Source: Paraspadella gotoi (Eukaryota; Animalia; Chaetognatha). Taken from it: DNA of 64,000 nt. The notes beneath the pieces are model-generated. The model saw nothing but the letters and a program-made list of their open reading frames with translations, searched no databases and was not told where the DNA came from. Shown piece after piece: positions 1 through 13,900 of the stretch. How positions within the stretch are numbered: position 1 is the stretch's first letter; every line of letters begins with the position of its first letter. The DNA is taken from assembly GCA_051294375.1 (NCBI GenBank), contig CM119266.1, forward strand, positions 15,428,285 through 15,492,284. The letters are read 5' to 3'. The position numbers were made by a program, and so were the translations under genes.

Positions 1-618
1 TTCCGCGCATTTTCCTCACCGACTCTCTCGCTATTTATTTGCTAGTTGCCACTCGTCTTTCGCTTTCTTTGCCACAATCCTCTTTTCACCAAATGCGTTG
101 TTTTTGTTGACATTCTCTCCGCTCGCCTTATCCTTCCTTTCCGCGCTATCGGTTCCATTTCGAATGGAGTCAAACTCCCAGTGACACCGTTCATCCCATC
201 CTTTCGCGTCATAAAGGGGAAATAGCGCGTCGTTGCCACCGTTTGCCAAACATTTGTCGGTAACGTGATCCGCCGGCGTCGCTACCGTCGAGTAGCGTGC
301 ACAGAGGCACCTATCGGGGACTCTATACACGATGTTATCCGTTTCTACCGATAACGTCGCAAATTTCATCGTCATTTACGCTAGATTTTACTCCACATCT
401 TGGACGACGCCGCGAATATCGTCTCTCATCGACACCGCCATTTTTATCGGGCGCCGTCGTCGTTGCTGGCTCCATTTGCGTCGCACTCGATTCTCGACTT
501 CACCGAATTACTTGATCGCGGCGTCATTGACGCCGATTTTCTTTCAACACTGATATCCGTCAAGTCGCCGAGCTGTTCTTCCTTTTTTCTCTGCTTTGTG
601 CTCCCTTTTGACGCCACA

Positions 619-804
619 CTGTTATCCCGCTTTTCACGGTGCTGTTCTCACTCTAATCAAGGCGCTGTTCTCACTCTTCTCACGGCGCTGTTCTCCTTCT
701 ATTCGCGGTGCGGTTATCCTTCTATTCGCGGCGCTGTTCTCCTTCCATTCGCGGTGCTGTTATCCTACTTTTCACGGCGCTGCTCTCTATCTTTTCGCGC
801 GCTG
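619..804. repeat. 23-bp minisatellite, ~8 degenerate copies (consensus ~CTGTTCTCCTTCTTTTCACGGCG)
   Basis: Units read directly: ctgttatcccgcttttcacggtg / ctgttctcactctaatcaaggcg / ctgttctcactcttctcacggcg / ctgttctccttctattcgcggtg and so on. Confidence 0.85.
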
Positions 805-2569
805 TGAAAAATCGATGGTGAAAAAGCAGAATCAGGTGGCGCGAGAGACGAAGGCGACGATCAAACGTTTTTAATACAAATTGTATGAATGAGATTTGAT
901 GACGTCCGAAAAACAACGAATAAAATAAATTTTATAGTTTTCAACGTAAAAAAATTAACGTTTTATTTTTGACAACCTGAAAGAAAAATAACGTGTTTCT
1001 CTGACTGTGATATCTTCCGCTACTGTGTTGATTACAATAACAAAATCGAGACGGAGCACTTTAAGAAACCCCAGTACTTATCGATAACCAATGCCGGGTC
1101 AAGAGTGAAGAGCGTTTGGAGTGTTTTGGGTCATCCTCCTCCTCATCCTCCTTCGGTGGTCAGATCGTTGAAAAGCGAAAAAAAAACAACCTCGTTTCTC
1201 ATCCACTTTGATCATTAGTCATTTAGTCGCCGGTCTCAATCGTTAACTCATTAAGCGTCGCTGATAAAGTTGAACTTTATAAAAGACAATAAAATGATTC
1301 ATTTACTTTGCATTGCAAGGATCGTTGGCTGCCCCTGTGACCTCGTGTGAGTCTAGCGGGTAGTTCTAATAGGCCCTGTAGGGAGGCGTAGAGAATTTAT
1401 TGTTTTCAAAGCAAGTAGCAACGTCGAAAAAGTTTTATTTTATTCCATTGTATAAGAAAATGATTGAGGACGCGCTTTTTTATTTTTGATAAGGGCGCGC
1501 AAGCTTTATGCATTAAAAATGACGCGAGCGCCGACCGTTAGCGAAAATTCTTTCGACTGATCACGTGATTGACTCTTGTTTTCCAACATTCGCTATAACT
1601 TTTTCGTGCTTTGTATTATTTTCCGGTAGAAACCGCGGAACTGCGAAAGGTTGTCAAGAAATTGTCGGATGGATTTCTGGGAAATGTTTTCGTCTGATTG
1701 GGAATTTAATATTGTTTTGGTTCCAGTCAGATTTGCGTCTTTTTTTCGAACAGATGGAGGGATTCGTTCGTGACGAACTGTTTCTTTTTTTTGTTTTTAG
1801 AAAACAGAGGGCTCGTTTGTTTTGATCGCATGTGAATGCAAAGAAAATCTTCATCTCGCAAATTCCTCCCTTGTTTTTAATCATACCGTTTTGTTGTGGA
1901 AAACAAATCATTCCCTCGCCACTAATAAACATATTACCAAATGTGGCATCACTGTGGCCAGATCTTGAAAACGTCTTTTTTTCCCCGTCGGCCTCGAAAA
2001 TGGAAGCGTCAAAATAAACCAGCTTTGAGATGTTGTATAGAAGCCCGAGACCCTCTTCTTTACTGATACTTACTTTGTAATATACAACTTGAGCTACCGA
2101 TTTTGAGAGCCTCAAAATGAGACGGCTAAGTTTTTGTAATACTTTTCTGCAAAATTCATTCAAATGTTGACCATTTGTTTACGTTTAGAACTAATCTACC
2201 AGCATCGTTTCTTTCCAACACAAAAAAAAAAAATCCAATTCATCGTACGCAAATTTTCACAACAGCAAGTTCTTCGCTTCTGGCAACACAACACTTAACC
2301 TAAACCACAACACTCGTTCTTTGTCTGCTTTTCGATGAGTTCCGATCCGCGTTCCACATTTTCCGTTTCAGCCAATTCCGACTCGCCCCCGTCCCCTCCC
2401 CTTCTTTTTTTTTCCGGCCCAGAAAAAAAAAAGATTTAATTTCTTGGCATCGATTTTCCTTCTTTCTCTTTTGATTTTTATGAGCTAATCTTTCCCTCCT
2501 TTTTTTTGTTGTCTTCTATCTCACTCTTCCCTCCGCATGAGCGGAATACAATGCGAAGTTACCCGTTTT

Positions 2570-2622
<53 letters not shown>

Positions 2623-3345
2623 CAATAGCTGACAGGGAGAAGAGAAAGACGCAGACAGATGTAATGTAATGTGATAATATCACGATTTTTTTTTTATCAT
2701 GTTTTTTTTCTGATCATCAGTTTTCTTCACTATATCATCTATTCATAGTTAAAAACATAGAAATTTTAAAAACAAAATCAAGAGTTGGTTAGGGTTCTTG
2801 GCCACAAAAAGAAAGTTTTATTCACGCTTGATCACTAACAGGCAAATCTCATCTGACTAGAAACAAATTTTAATTATTTTACGCGTCGGCGTGGGATTAG
2901 ATATTGGGTGCGCCTACGTAGTTCGCAGTAAAAATGGTAAAACTGGGTGTGAACCCTGTGTGAAGTCAAGGAACCGAGAGATTCGTTTGAACGGGATTGG
3001 AAAAAAATGAGTTTCGCGGGTGAAGAGGCTGAATAATGGATCGATAGTGGATCAGAGTGGATCGAGAAATTCACCGCCGTTCGAGGTCGCCCTTGAAATG
3101 GCTTTTTGCTGTCGTTGTTGTTCTCGTTTAGAAAATTCTAGTTTTAACGCAGATCCTGAGACGGGCGCCATACTTCGACAATGTGGAAGTGGTCGATCGA
3201 CTCGCAGTCATCACACTCAAGCCAAAATTAATGTGTATTTGATGTAATTAGTTTGCACGGTTAGAATTTAATGAATTCCATTAATCCAAAATCAGGTACT
3301 CTGGGAGTAAATAAACGAGACTATGAGAGAGTCTGTGTGAGTGAC

Positions 3346-3473
3346 CTGCTATATCATTATCTTGTAAGAGTGATGGAGGCCTTAAACCACCAAAGCCTGT
3401 GCAAAGTCATGGCCAAGATAGCTTATTTATTAAAGAAATGAATAATTTTTATATTGGTTGTACCAATTTCATA
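3346..3473 (+). mobile_element. Short 3'-terminal fragment of the Penelope-like (Naiad-type) element family
   Basis: Aligns without gaps to 36389-36516 and ends at the same GGTTGTACCAATTTCATA; shared reading frame SLSCKSDGGLKPPKPVQSHGQDSLFIKEMNNFYIGCTNF. Confidence 0.75.
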
Positions 3474-5846
3474 ATCTTGACGGAAAATATTATAAAAATA
3501 ATATTGCTGAACAAAGCTGCTCGATGATATTTTTTAAGTTGGTCATTGACGTCATAGTACCCCCCCCCTTCACGCCCTTCATGTGTCAATCTCGCGCCAA
3601 TTCTTCCCTCTCTCTCTCTCTCTCTCTCTCTTAGCGTCGACGGATCGAAGAGACGAACGAGATCGTCGTCCGCTTCAGAGATTGATCATCTCAATAACTA
3701 AAAAGACGAAGAATCTCGCGTCTCGCTCCCCCCCCCTCCCCCCTTCCGCCTCCCATTAAAAGACGCTTTCTCTTTCCCTCGGATCGATGAGTCGCGACGG
3801 CGAATTCCTCGTTTCCCCCGATCGGCTTTTTCGCGTTCAACCGCGAAACGGAACGAAAATTATGCGTCATCAACGTCGACGCCGTTTTTTTTGTTTTGTT
3901 TTGTTTTTTGTTTTTATAATCGTTGACGTCGGAATCGATACATACTTTAGCGCCCTCGGTTTTTTTTTTCGTGGTTTGGTCGTCGGATGTCTTTCGTAGT
4001 CGTCCTTTGCCTCATCTTCGCGCGGTTATGATCGATGAGAGTTGAGATTATTTTTTTTTGGTTTGACCTCGTGTTGAGCTCGCAACAAAAATACATATAT
4101 ATCTTACGGTAATAACATATATCATCTTTCCGCGAAAGAATCAATAAACTCTTCTTTCTTCTCGAGAGATAAATCACAATAATGAATCTGAGAACGAAAT
4201 AGACAAATCAAAATGAAATGAGCATTTATCAAAAAGCGAAGTTAAATAGGTTTTTAAAAATGCTAAAAACATTTAGAAGGATTAATTAAATTTATCGATT
4301 GCAATTTCTTCTTGCTCAAAAACAACGCCATTGTGGAGGCCTTCTGCTTTCTCTATAAAAATGTATCACGCGAGATCCTAATGTTATTTTGATGCAAGGC
4401 TTCTCCCCCTTCTTTCTCACTGCCTCACACACCATCATCCCCCGAACGCCGGCTATTTGTTACGCGAGCCGATGCCATAATCCCCGCTTCCCTTTGAAAA
4501 GCAGCCAAGTGATCCAAACCCCATTGGATGACGGGAAAGGCCCTGGGGAAGATAATGGTTCCTTTAGATTTTTCTTTCCGTCTCCCTCTCTCTCTAGATC
4601 TTCTGCTTTGATTAAAATGATTAAAAACTTTTAAAGCGTAAAAGTCGTGATCGATTCTCCCACTCACTGAGATTTTTTTTTCTTTTTCCCAACTGCGATA
4701 GTACAGCGATCGATATCAAGTTCCTTCTTGACAATTTTATCGAATGATTCAAAATGAAGTCTGGGTGATTGAGCGATCCAGAGCTATGACGAACTCTTTA
4801 TCTGATAATGCAGTGATGCGATATTCCCTTTGAACGAGCTGAATCAGAACATGCAAATTCTTTCTCAGCGATTTTCTGGATTGATTGAAAAAAGTATCCG
4901 TTCGTTAAAATTACTATCGAGTGACTAGAGAAAGAGAATTCAAATTCACAAGTTGTGAACAAGATATCTATTTAAAACTATTCTTTTGACCAGCTTATAT
5001 CCAGTGATTCTTCGCGAGCGAGTGATTCGGAATTTTTTTTAAACCGTTCTCATCCGACGACTTCAAAGTTCCTTCTCTCTCTTTCTCTATTTTCTCTTTA
5101 TTTCTTTTCCGTCTTTATTTTTCTTCTCCTCGCCACGCCTCATTTGGCGCTCGGCTCCGCTCAGCTCCGCTCGGCTCCGCGTTCCTCGAGCCGCTTCATT
5201 TGGCGCGATGAATCACGAGTCTTCTCGTCGTCGACTACCGGCGAAGACTTTGCGTTACTGGCGGTTCTACTATGACTCTGTCTCTGTCATTGTCTCTTTT
5301 GCGTAGAAGCATGAGCGCTGGTGACTGCCAGACCGTGGGGAATCTTAACGCGGTTGTATCAGACGACTGAACTGTTTATTACATACAAATATATTAAACA
5401 TACGCTACATGAGATCGAATTATCTATCTCCACTTTTAGCACAAACAGTTGTACGTAATCCCAACTCTTGTCAAACTTCTTGTCTGATTCTCCGTGAAAG
5501 CGGAAAAAAAGTTTTCTCGCGAATTTCTTGGTTTCTTTCGTCTCACGCCCTCGGTCACAATCGCGTCAAGGAATAACAACAACTGATCCGTCGTGAAGGC
5601 AGAACTGAATGGAAACTCTTTCTTTCTTTCCTTTTTCTTCATCTGTGAAAGACGGTTTTCTTTTTCTGTTTTTTTTTTTCGCCGGTCGTCGACGTCGACA
5701 CCGAACGCTGAGTGGGCCAACAAAAGGGGACGATAGTAAATAAATGTCTGTTATTGTATCTCGCCGCGTGACACGAGTCCTGACAGAACTGCTGGCGTTT
5801 CGATTTCCCAGTCGTTCCTAACAAGCAACTACGAGAATGATAAATA

Positions 5847-5894
<48 letters not shown>

Positions 5895-7933
5895 AGAAGA
5901 GAGAGAGAGAGAGAGAAGTAAATCGTGAATGGATAATAAGTTTGCAAAAGCTAGTTTTTCATAGTTAATGTGAGAAAAAGGCAGATACAAAATGTTTAAA
6001 AATTATAGATGTTTTGGAGAAAATAACAGTAGGCGTCTGAACTAGAAAAAAGAGAGAAAGTTTGTTTTCCATTTTCGAAGAACGAAAACACATCGTTCCG
6101 ACACAAGCAGATATTTCGTAATCGTGTGGTCGCGATTTTCTGCGCGCGATCGAAAAGAGAAAAGAAAAGAATAGAAAAGAAAGAAATTTTTGCACAAAAC
6201 GGAGAAGAGATAAAAGAGACAGTCGCTCGTTTAGCTTCATTATTTCTCAATTTTGTTTTCGTCTTTTTTCTTTCGTATTTTTTTGGCTTTCATAAAAATT
6301 TTCGATATTTTTCTGTTTCGAGAAAAATAAAACTGAAACAAAAATAAACACGAAATTCTGTCGCTGCCGCTTCACTCACTTTTTTATTCTCAAACTTGGC
6401 ATCCATTTCTTTCTCGCTTCTCGCCATCTTCTCTCCATCTTTTCCAAATCTTTTCTTTATTCTCACATCGTCTCAACTTCCTTTTTGCCCATTTTAAAAA
6501 AAAAATGTTATTTTGCCTTGGAGCTTTACTCGGTATTTAATAATTAGTTTTCACGTACTTCTATATTCAACCTAAATCCCTGCTCCTACTAAGCTAGCGT
6601 TCCTACTGTTTCCCTCTTTACAACCGGTATTCTCATACTTCCCCTTTCATCTATGCTCCGCCTTCCTTATAATATCCCCTATATATCTAACTTATATTCT
6701 TAGCTTATATTCCTCCCCTCTCCTGCCCTTTTTCGTTTTCTTCCCGCTCTTTGCTCCTTACTTCGTTTGGCTTCTTTTTTCTGCGTATTTCTACGTGTCT
6801 ACTTTTTAAAAGCACCAAAAAAAAAAAAAAAAAAACCGTCAAAAAATAAAAACATTTTTACTTTTTTCTTTCCATATTTTCCGCTTTTTCTCGACTCTTA
6901 AATTTATCGGGTGGCCTCGCGAAGACCGAAGTCTCATTTTTTTTTACCTTCCGAACCTAAAATTAAAATCGATTTTGCAGTCGATAGGGATCGACGTTTG
7001 GGAATTGGGATCGACGACTTCGGGAGAGATCGACCGGTGTTCTTTTTTTTTTTTGGGGGGGGGGGAAGACGCAATCCACAACGTCGATTTTCGGGTATAA
7101 AAAGGCGATAAATTCCTTGTCTATTTCCCAGACTAAACGGACAATTTACGATCGTTTATTTAATCTTGGCGAGCGATCACTGATCAGCAATGACCCAACG
7201 ACGTTACAGTACTTTTTTTTTCGGCTAGTCGCGCGAACTGTACATGCAAAATCCATCGAAAATTTTTTTTTTATTTGCACTTTCCCAAAATTTATTACCC
7301 GAAAGAAATAAAGGTCGAATAATCTTCTTTTTTTAGATCTGAGAATGTATGTTTGCTCGGAGGGTTCCTCTTTTTTTTTTCCCTATATTTTTTTAAAACT
7401 TAACTTTTAAAGCAGAAAATTTCATTAAACTGCGTGACGTTGGCCGAGAGGGGGCGATTTCTTTTGTCTGGCATATTTCTCATATGCTGGCACCCCGTCG
7501 GAAAGATTAAGCGATAATTTCAGCGGCTCCGGGGACCGATAAAACATCATGGAAGCCGGTGAGGATGATGGATCTTTATTTATTCCTCCTTACCCTCCGC
7601 AAACCCCTTACCCACTCCCTCTCTGTATTGTTGCTCTCACCCTTTTATTTTCTTACTCTCCTCCGTGAAATCGTAGTGTTTCTGGTGCGCGTGAAGACGC
7701 CTTGCTTGTTTTTTTTTCTCTCTTCGTTGTCGTCGTTGTCGTTAGAGTTGTTGTCGCCTCGTCGTTAGGCTTCATCAGTCAATTTTAGACAAACGCCATC
7801 GTCTCTGGTCGAGATGCAGAAGCAACGCGTAACAACTTTCTATTTCGGTGACTTATTTGTGGCAGTGACGATTTAGTCGGCTCGTTTAAGGAACTTTCTC
7901 GTCTTCTCTTCCTTCCTGCTCTCTCTCTTCTCT

Positions 7934-7985
<52 letters not shown>

Positions 7986-8840
7986 TTTTATTTATTTTAT
8001 CGCCACTACTATCTACTTGTAACTTCGGAGGCCGTTGGCCATTTTAAAGTCTTCAATCCTTGGGTTATATCTTTTGTCTTACGTACTTAGCAGTTAGCAA
8101 CCCTTATTTTATTTTCCTTAGCAGACTGTTCACTCTTGCAGAAGACGAAGAGAGAGAGAGACCGGTGGTAAGTCGCCTCACTCTGTTTATGTCTCGCGAA
8201 GTTTAATCACGGAGTTAAACGGTAGGTATCTGTTTGTTTCTCCAATTGGCTTAAAGTCTTCGACGGTTCGCCACTCAGTCCCTTTCATTACAGTCCTGCT
8301 CTCCGTCTGCCCCTAGATCCGTTTGACAGGCAATCCGCTCCATTTTATTCTAGACGGATGTATTGGACTCTGTTTTTCGGCAACGAATTTCGCGCCGAGG
8401 CTTTCATCAACGCCGTATCCAATTAGCTCCGTTCTCGTCTGTGACTGACGCCGTCGACCGACTAATTTCTTTCTCGCTTAACCCGTCCCGGCGTCCTGCC
8501 CTCTCGACTTCCGTTTTTCTCGCTGTTCGTTTGTTTGTTTGTTTACTTTTTTTCGCTCGGTTTACCCACCGACCTTTTCTAAGTATCCCTCTTGATTGCT
8601 TGTATGTGGGAATATTTTTTTCTTTTTTGGTTGTTGCTTATTTGTACGAACGGTTTTTCCGTTTTCATTTGCAACTTAATCATGTTTGTTTGTTAGTTTG
8701 TCGGTAAGCAAAATAAAAAAGTTTGATCCAATCCTGTTTCTCTCCTTTTTTTTTTCTTTCTTTCACTTTGCAGTTGAATGCCAAGAAAGAAAAAAAAGGT
8801 GAAGAGAGAAGATTCTCCCTCCACAAAAAGCCAAAGAGAC

Positions 8841-8871
<31 letters not shown>

Positions 8872-10944
8872 AGAGATGGAGAGAGAGAGATAGAAAATCT
8901 CTAAAAAAGTGATAAAAATAAAAGAGAAATAAAGGATCAGAGCAGCGACAAAAAACACCGAAACCGTCGCCACTGAAAAAAAAAAGTGAAAAAGGGGAAA
9001 AAAAATGATGGAAGAGGAAAAGACAGAGAAGGAGACGGAAATCGATAAAGTGGCACAAAATCCGCTCGCCCTCTACCCCCTCCTCCCCCCTACCGGAGAA
9101 AAAAAGAAAACACTGTATACCGAAACAAAACAGCATGTTCGTCGATTTGGATATCTTCAACTAATCAAAAAAATATGTATAAAAATAGAAACGTTGCACC
9201 TTCTCTCTTTTTCTTTTTTTGTTCTCTCATTCTTCCATTTTGTTTCTTTCTTTTTCTTCTTTTTTCTCTCCACGTTTCCCTCTCCCTTCGGCGAGCACCT
9301 ATTTCTGTTTTGGGATTTGAAGATTGAAGAAAATGTAGATTTAATCCAGAAACGCTCGCGGCCTAAAAAAAAAACTCGGAGTGAAAGAGAGTAGAAGTCC
9401 TGAAAGAAAAAAAAGGGAAACAAAAAAGAAAAAAGTTTTTTTTTTCTTTCTTTTTTTTAATATAAATAATTCAACGAGTGTCCTGCCCTTCCTTCTCTTT
9501 TTTATCTCTAGAAAAATAGATAACGAAAATAAAAAAGAGGCTTTAATAAAAGAAGAATCACGCCGTAACTGAGAAAAAAATATAAAAAGAAACGAAAAAA
9601 AAGAAAGAGGAGAGAGGAAAAGTTCAAATCGGTGATTTCGTGACAATCGATAGAGAACAGCAGCGAACAGTGAACAGAGAAAATTTCGATATTTCGTTCT
9701 TCAGCCTAGACAACAAAATAAAAACTGTGGTTTTCGTGGCAAATGAGTGTTTTGAAAAAAAAAAAACTCTCTAATATCTGAAAGAAGCTGTGGGTAGCGA
9801 GCGATCTTTGCCCAATCCAGGCTCAATATTTACTGTTGTCGTTCCTCAGGCGTTGGCCAAGTGGTTTTCTCCAGTTATTGATAATTTAAAAGATAACAGA
9901 AAAAAAAAGCTGCTTAATATTCGTAAAAAAAAAATTAGTCGACGCGGAAAGCAAAGCTGAGTGATAAAGCTCGCTAATTTGTTACCGTTTTTTAAAAAAG
10001 TATTAGTAAATTGACGAGACAATTCGATTTTTCTTTTCATTTCTCTTTTAAATTTTTCATTCCATCTCGAAGGAAAATTTACCCCCGGGAAGAACGCGGG
10101 GTCGAATAATAGATCATTTTTTTCCCTTTTTTCAAACGTCAAAAATGATTCATTTTTCCTTATTTTTTTTCGATGAAGGAATAAAAAGAGGAAAATCCAG
10201 CGCCAAATATCCGCGACAAAAAAATTTAACTCCCCCGGACTGGTGACCCGAGCTTAAGTTCGAGAATGTTTGCGACATGACATGACATGACATTCTGGTT
10301 TCCTCAGAGATAAGTACCTTTTCGCGGAGGCGCAGCGTGGTCTATCGTTGGACAAATACCCGAAACTAATTTCTGATAAAAGGTCTTTTTTTTGGCGAAC
10401 TGCTCTTCTCGTATGTTTGTCTTCCACTTCTTTGGTTGAATTTTTTTTTTTTGGGGGGGGAGGAAACTGCCTGCTTTCTTATAGATCGAAAATGTTTTAA
10501 CTGATTCTTTTATACGGCCCTTAAACAATATTGGATTTCAAATATTAGTCGCAATCATCGAGATTAAGTGGTGGAGAAAAACTGGTCGATTTCTTTCATA
10601 GTGAACAAAAGCAGAAAAACGAGGAAAGGATAAGTCAATAAGTCAATAAATGTCGAGTTAATTTATTTATCGATTATCCGCTCAGGTTGACTGAGTTCAT
10701 TTTCTGATCGCCAATGAAAACAACAAACCTATAAAAATTATTGAATGTTAAAGATTGTCCAAGTTTTTAATTGTAATCCTTTTATGAACAATGTTTAAAA
10801 TAATTTTTTGTTGCTCAAAAGATTTTTCATTTTCAGAGCGATTTTCAATAGAGTAAAAAATATCATTAGATTAAAATGGTCCTAACCTATTCCGATTCTT
10901 TCCATTTCCAGACTTCCCTACCCTCTTGTCCCACATGACGCACT

Positions 10945-13900
10945 ATGCGCGACCGCCCCGATGACGTCGCCGTCGCCGCCGCATCCGCCTTCGACGCCGA
11001 AGCTGGCGTTCGAGTAAAGACCATGTCCAGTGGCGCCACTGGCGCCGGCCATAACTCGCTCGGGGTCCGCTCCGCCTCGGAGATCGCCTTCTCTTCGCCG
11101 CCAGCGTCGCAACTTCGCCGCCAAAAGACCGAGGTAGTCTCTTCCGTCGCCTCCCCATCGCCCCTCGTCTCCCCGCACGGCGCCGTCTCCGCGTCCCCGG
11201 CGTCTTCGTCCACGGTATCCCCGCTCTCCTCGACCCCGCAGTCCTCCTCCACCCCGGCGTTGCTCTTGCCCAACTACGGGCGCCTTCCCGCGCCGCCTCC
11301 GGCGCTACCCACGGACGCTTACGGCGCCGCCATGGAGGCCGCCAAGGAGGCCGTCTCCCCGACCTCGCATCAACGACTCGCCAACAACAATAACAATTCC
11401 TCCACGGCCGCGGCGGCAGCCGTCGCAGCGCCGCTGACCGTCGGCGAAAACGGCTGCGCGCGGTTCGCCCAGAGTCGGAAGCAGAGACTTCGCTACTACT
11501 ACGTGACGCGGGAGCCGCGAAAAGTGGCGCTCGTCAAGGACGGACGCGGAAGTCTCGGATTTAACATCGTCGGCGGCGAAGACGGCGCCGAGGGCATCTT
11601 CATCTCCTTCATCCTCGCCGGCGGCGTCGCGGACTTGAGCGGGGAGTTGCGGCGCGGTGATCAGATCCTCTCCGTCAACGAGATCGACCTGCAGAGGGCG
11701 ACTCACGAGGAGGCCGCCAGGGTGTTGAAGGTAGGGCTCTTGTTAATGTTAAATGTTAAATGTTTTAGGAGGTTTTGGCCTCATCGTGAGATTTGATTAT
11801 TTCCTTTTATTAAAAAAAATATTCCCAAGAAAACCTCTCCCCAAGTTATTTCTTTGATTTCCCACCCATCTTTTACTTTTCAGGGAACCGGCCAGAGAGT
11901 CGTACTCGTGGTGCAGTACAGACCCGAAGAGTACAATCAGTTCGAAGCCAAGATCCACGACTTGAGGGAGAACGTTCTAAACGCTAACACCGGAACCCTG
12001 CGCACAATACAGGTTTACAGAGTGCCTAGAATTTATTGGCTGGCATAGTTTGCAATGAGATCATGGTATATAGACGGCTGGTTTTTCAACAAGAGTTGGA
12101 ATCAGGGGGGGGGAAGAGTTCCACGTTCGAGTTCAATTTCGAGTAATTTTAAGGGGGAGAACATTAAAAACCATTAATCTTTAAAAGTCGTCTGCTAGAA
12201 AGAAGAAAATAGACGGAGGGGGAACAAACTCAGAAAAAAAAAATGAAGGAAAGAAGAAACGCGAAAAGGAATATGAAAAATTGAGAAAATGAAAAACGGA
12301 AGATGAAGAAATGAAAGGGAAAAGGAGCGGGACGAAGGAAGAACAAAAACAAACAAATAATTAACTGCTTTTTATTTAAACGCTTTGCTTATTATTACAT
12401 CCGTTATGGATAAGTGTTGTTGTAAAAAAAAAGTAGCGTGAAAGTAAAATCTTGCAAATTTGTGATATTTTTTATGCTAAGCGCCCTGGGTTGGTGAGTT
12501 TGAAATTTAAAATATTTGATCCTCGTACTTCTTTTCCTTCTTTGAATCGAGGCTGAACTTTAGAATAATCGAGAAAGAATGTAGAAACTAAGACGGTCAC
12601 GTCGAAAAATAATCCGAAATGTCCGAAAGCTTTTCGTCTCTTCAGCTTTAACACCCTCACCTCTCTTTCTCCATCCCCACTTCCAGAAAAAGTCCCTCTA
12701 CGTGCGCGCCTTCTTCGACTACGATCCTTCCAAGGACTGCGCCCTTCCGAGCCGCGGCCTCCGCTTTACCCACGGCGACATACTCCACGTCGTCAACGCC
12801 TCCGACGAAGAGTGGTGGCAGGCGCGTCGGGTGCTGGAGGACGGCGAGGAGGCGGGCCTGGCTATTATACCGTCCAAGCGGAGGGTCGAGAAAAAAGAGC
12901 GGCAGCGATTGAAAAAGGTAAGGTATAGAGGGCTTAGATTAACATATACAAAGATTACCCGAAAATGATACTGATGAGGTTTGTTGATTTTGAGAGGGTC
13001 AAAATTCGGTGATTTTTAGATTAAAAGATTTTGTGCATAGATAAAAACGATTTTTTAAAAATGGCAAGAAACTTTTTAGATGGCTAAGTGAAGTTGGGAG
13101 GAAAAACTTGAACTTGGATTGAGGTGAGGCGCAAAGGGGAGAGACAAGAAATCTTCGAACGAGAAGTCGAGAATACGAGATGAGGCGACGATCACAAAGA
13201 CGACGAGGAATGGGTGAGGTGGGTAAGGAAAGAAAAAAGATATGGGGGGAACACGAATTCCAAAATGGGGCAATGATAGGAAGAGAAATTAAGGTAGGGG
13301 AAAAATGAGTTGGTGGGTTGTACGGTCAAAAGTAGTAAGTCCCTGTCGATCTTGTCCAGAAATCGAATTATTAAGCGATTAAATTTCCTATCAATAAGGA
13401 ACATCGGCATAACGTTGCATAGCATAGCTTATCATATCATATTAAGACATCTTCATTGACGTTTTTTTTTAAATATTAATAACAAAAACGGTATCAAAAT
13501 AATTGAATACTAACACTAGTAGCAGTGTTGATTTAAAAAAAAAAAGTAAACTGCAATATGTGAAACAAAACAATTAAGCAAATAGCATATTTAATACAGA
13601 TTTACATAGCCAGAGGAAATGTTTTTCATACTCTGTCCAATGCTGTAGATCGAAAAATCTTAAATTTTTTTCACATTTTGAATATCCAGATTGTTTGCTA
13701 TATGCCAGATCATTTTTTTACTGGCAATCGGTCTGAAATTATGCCAGATCTGGCACACAGTATGCTAAGTTTTAACCAGAGCAATTATCTAGCATTGATA
13801 TTTTATTATTATTTATTAATAGCTTCTATTTATAGCTAAAACTTAAATCATCCCCGATGAGTCAAAGACTTCGTCGTCTTATACAGCTTCGAATAAAAAA

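Noticed and set aside
31-375. 114-aa minus-strand ORF with several Cys
   Set aside because: In-frame stop immediately upstream, no recognisable domain, and neighbouring frames do not join into a gene
619-804. CRISPR-like array (also considered 33785-33898 and 60564-60710)
   Set aside because: Head-to-tail units with no unique spacers in a eukaryotic context: minisatellites
13523-13760. Possible MITE with TGCCAGAT motifs in a dlg intron
   Set aside because: Termini too degenerate, no TSD
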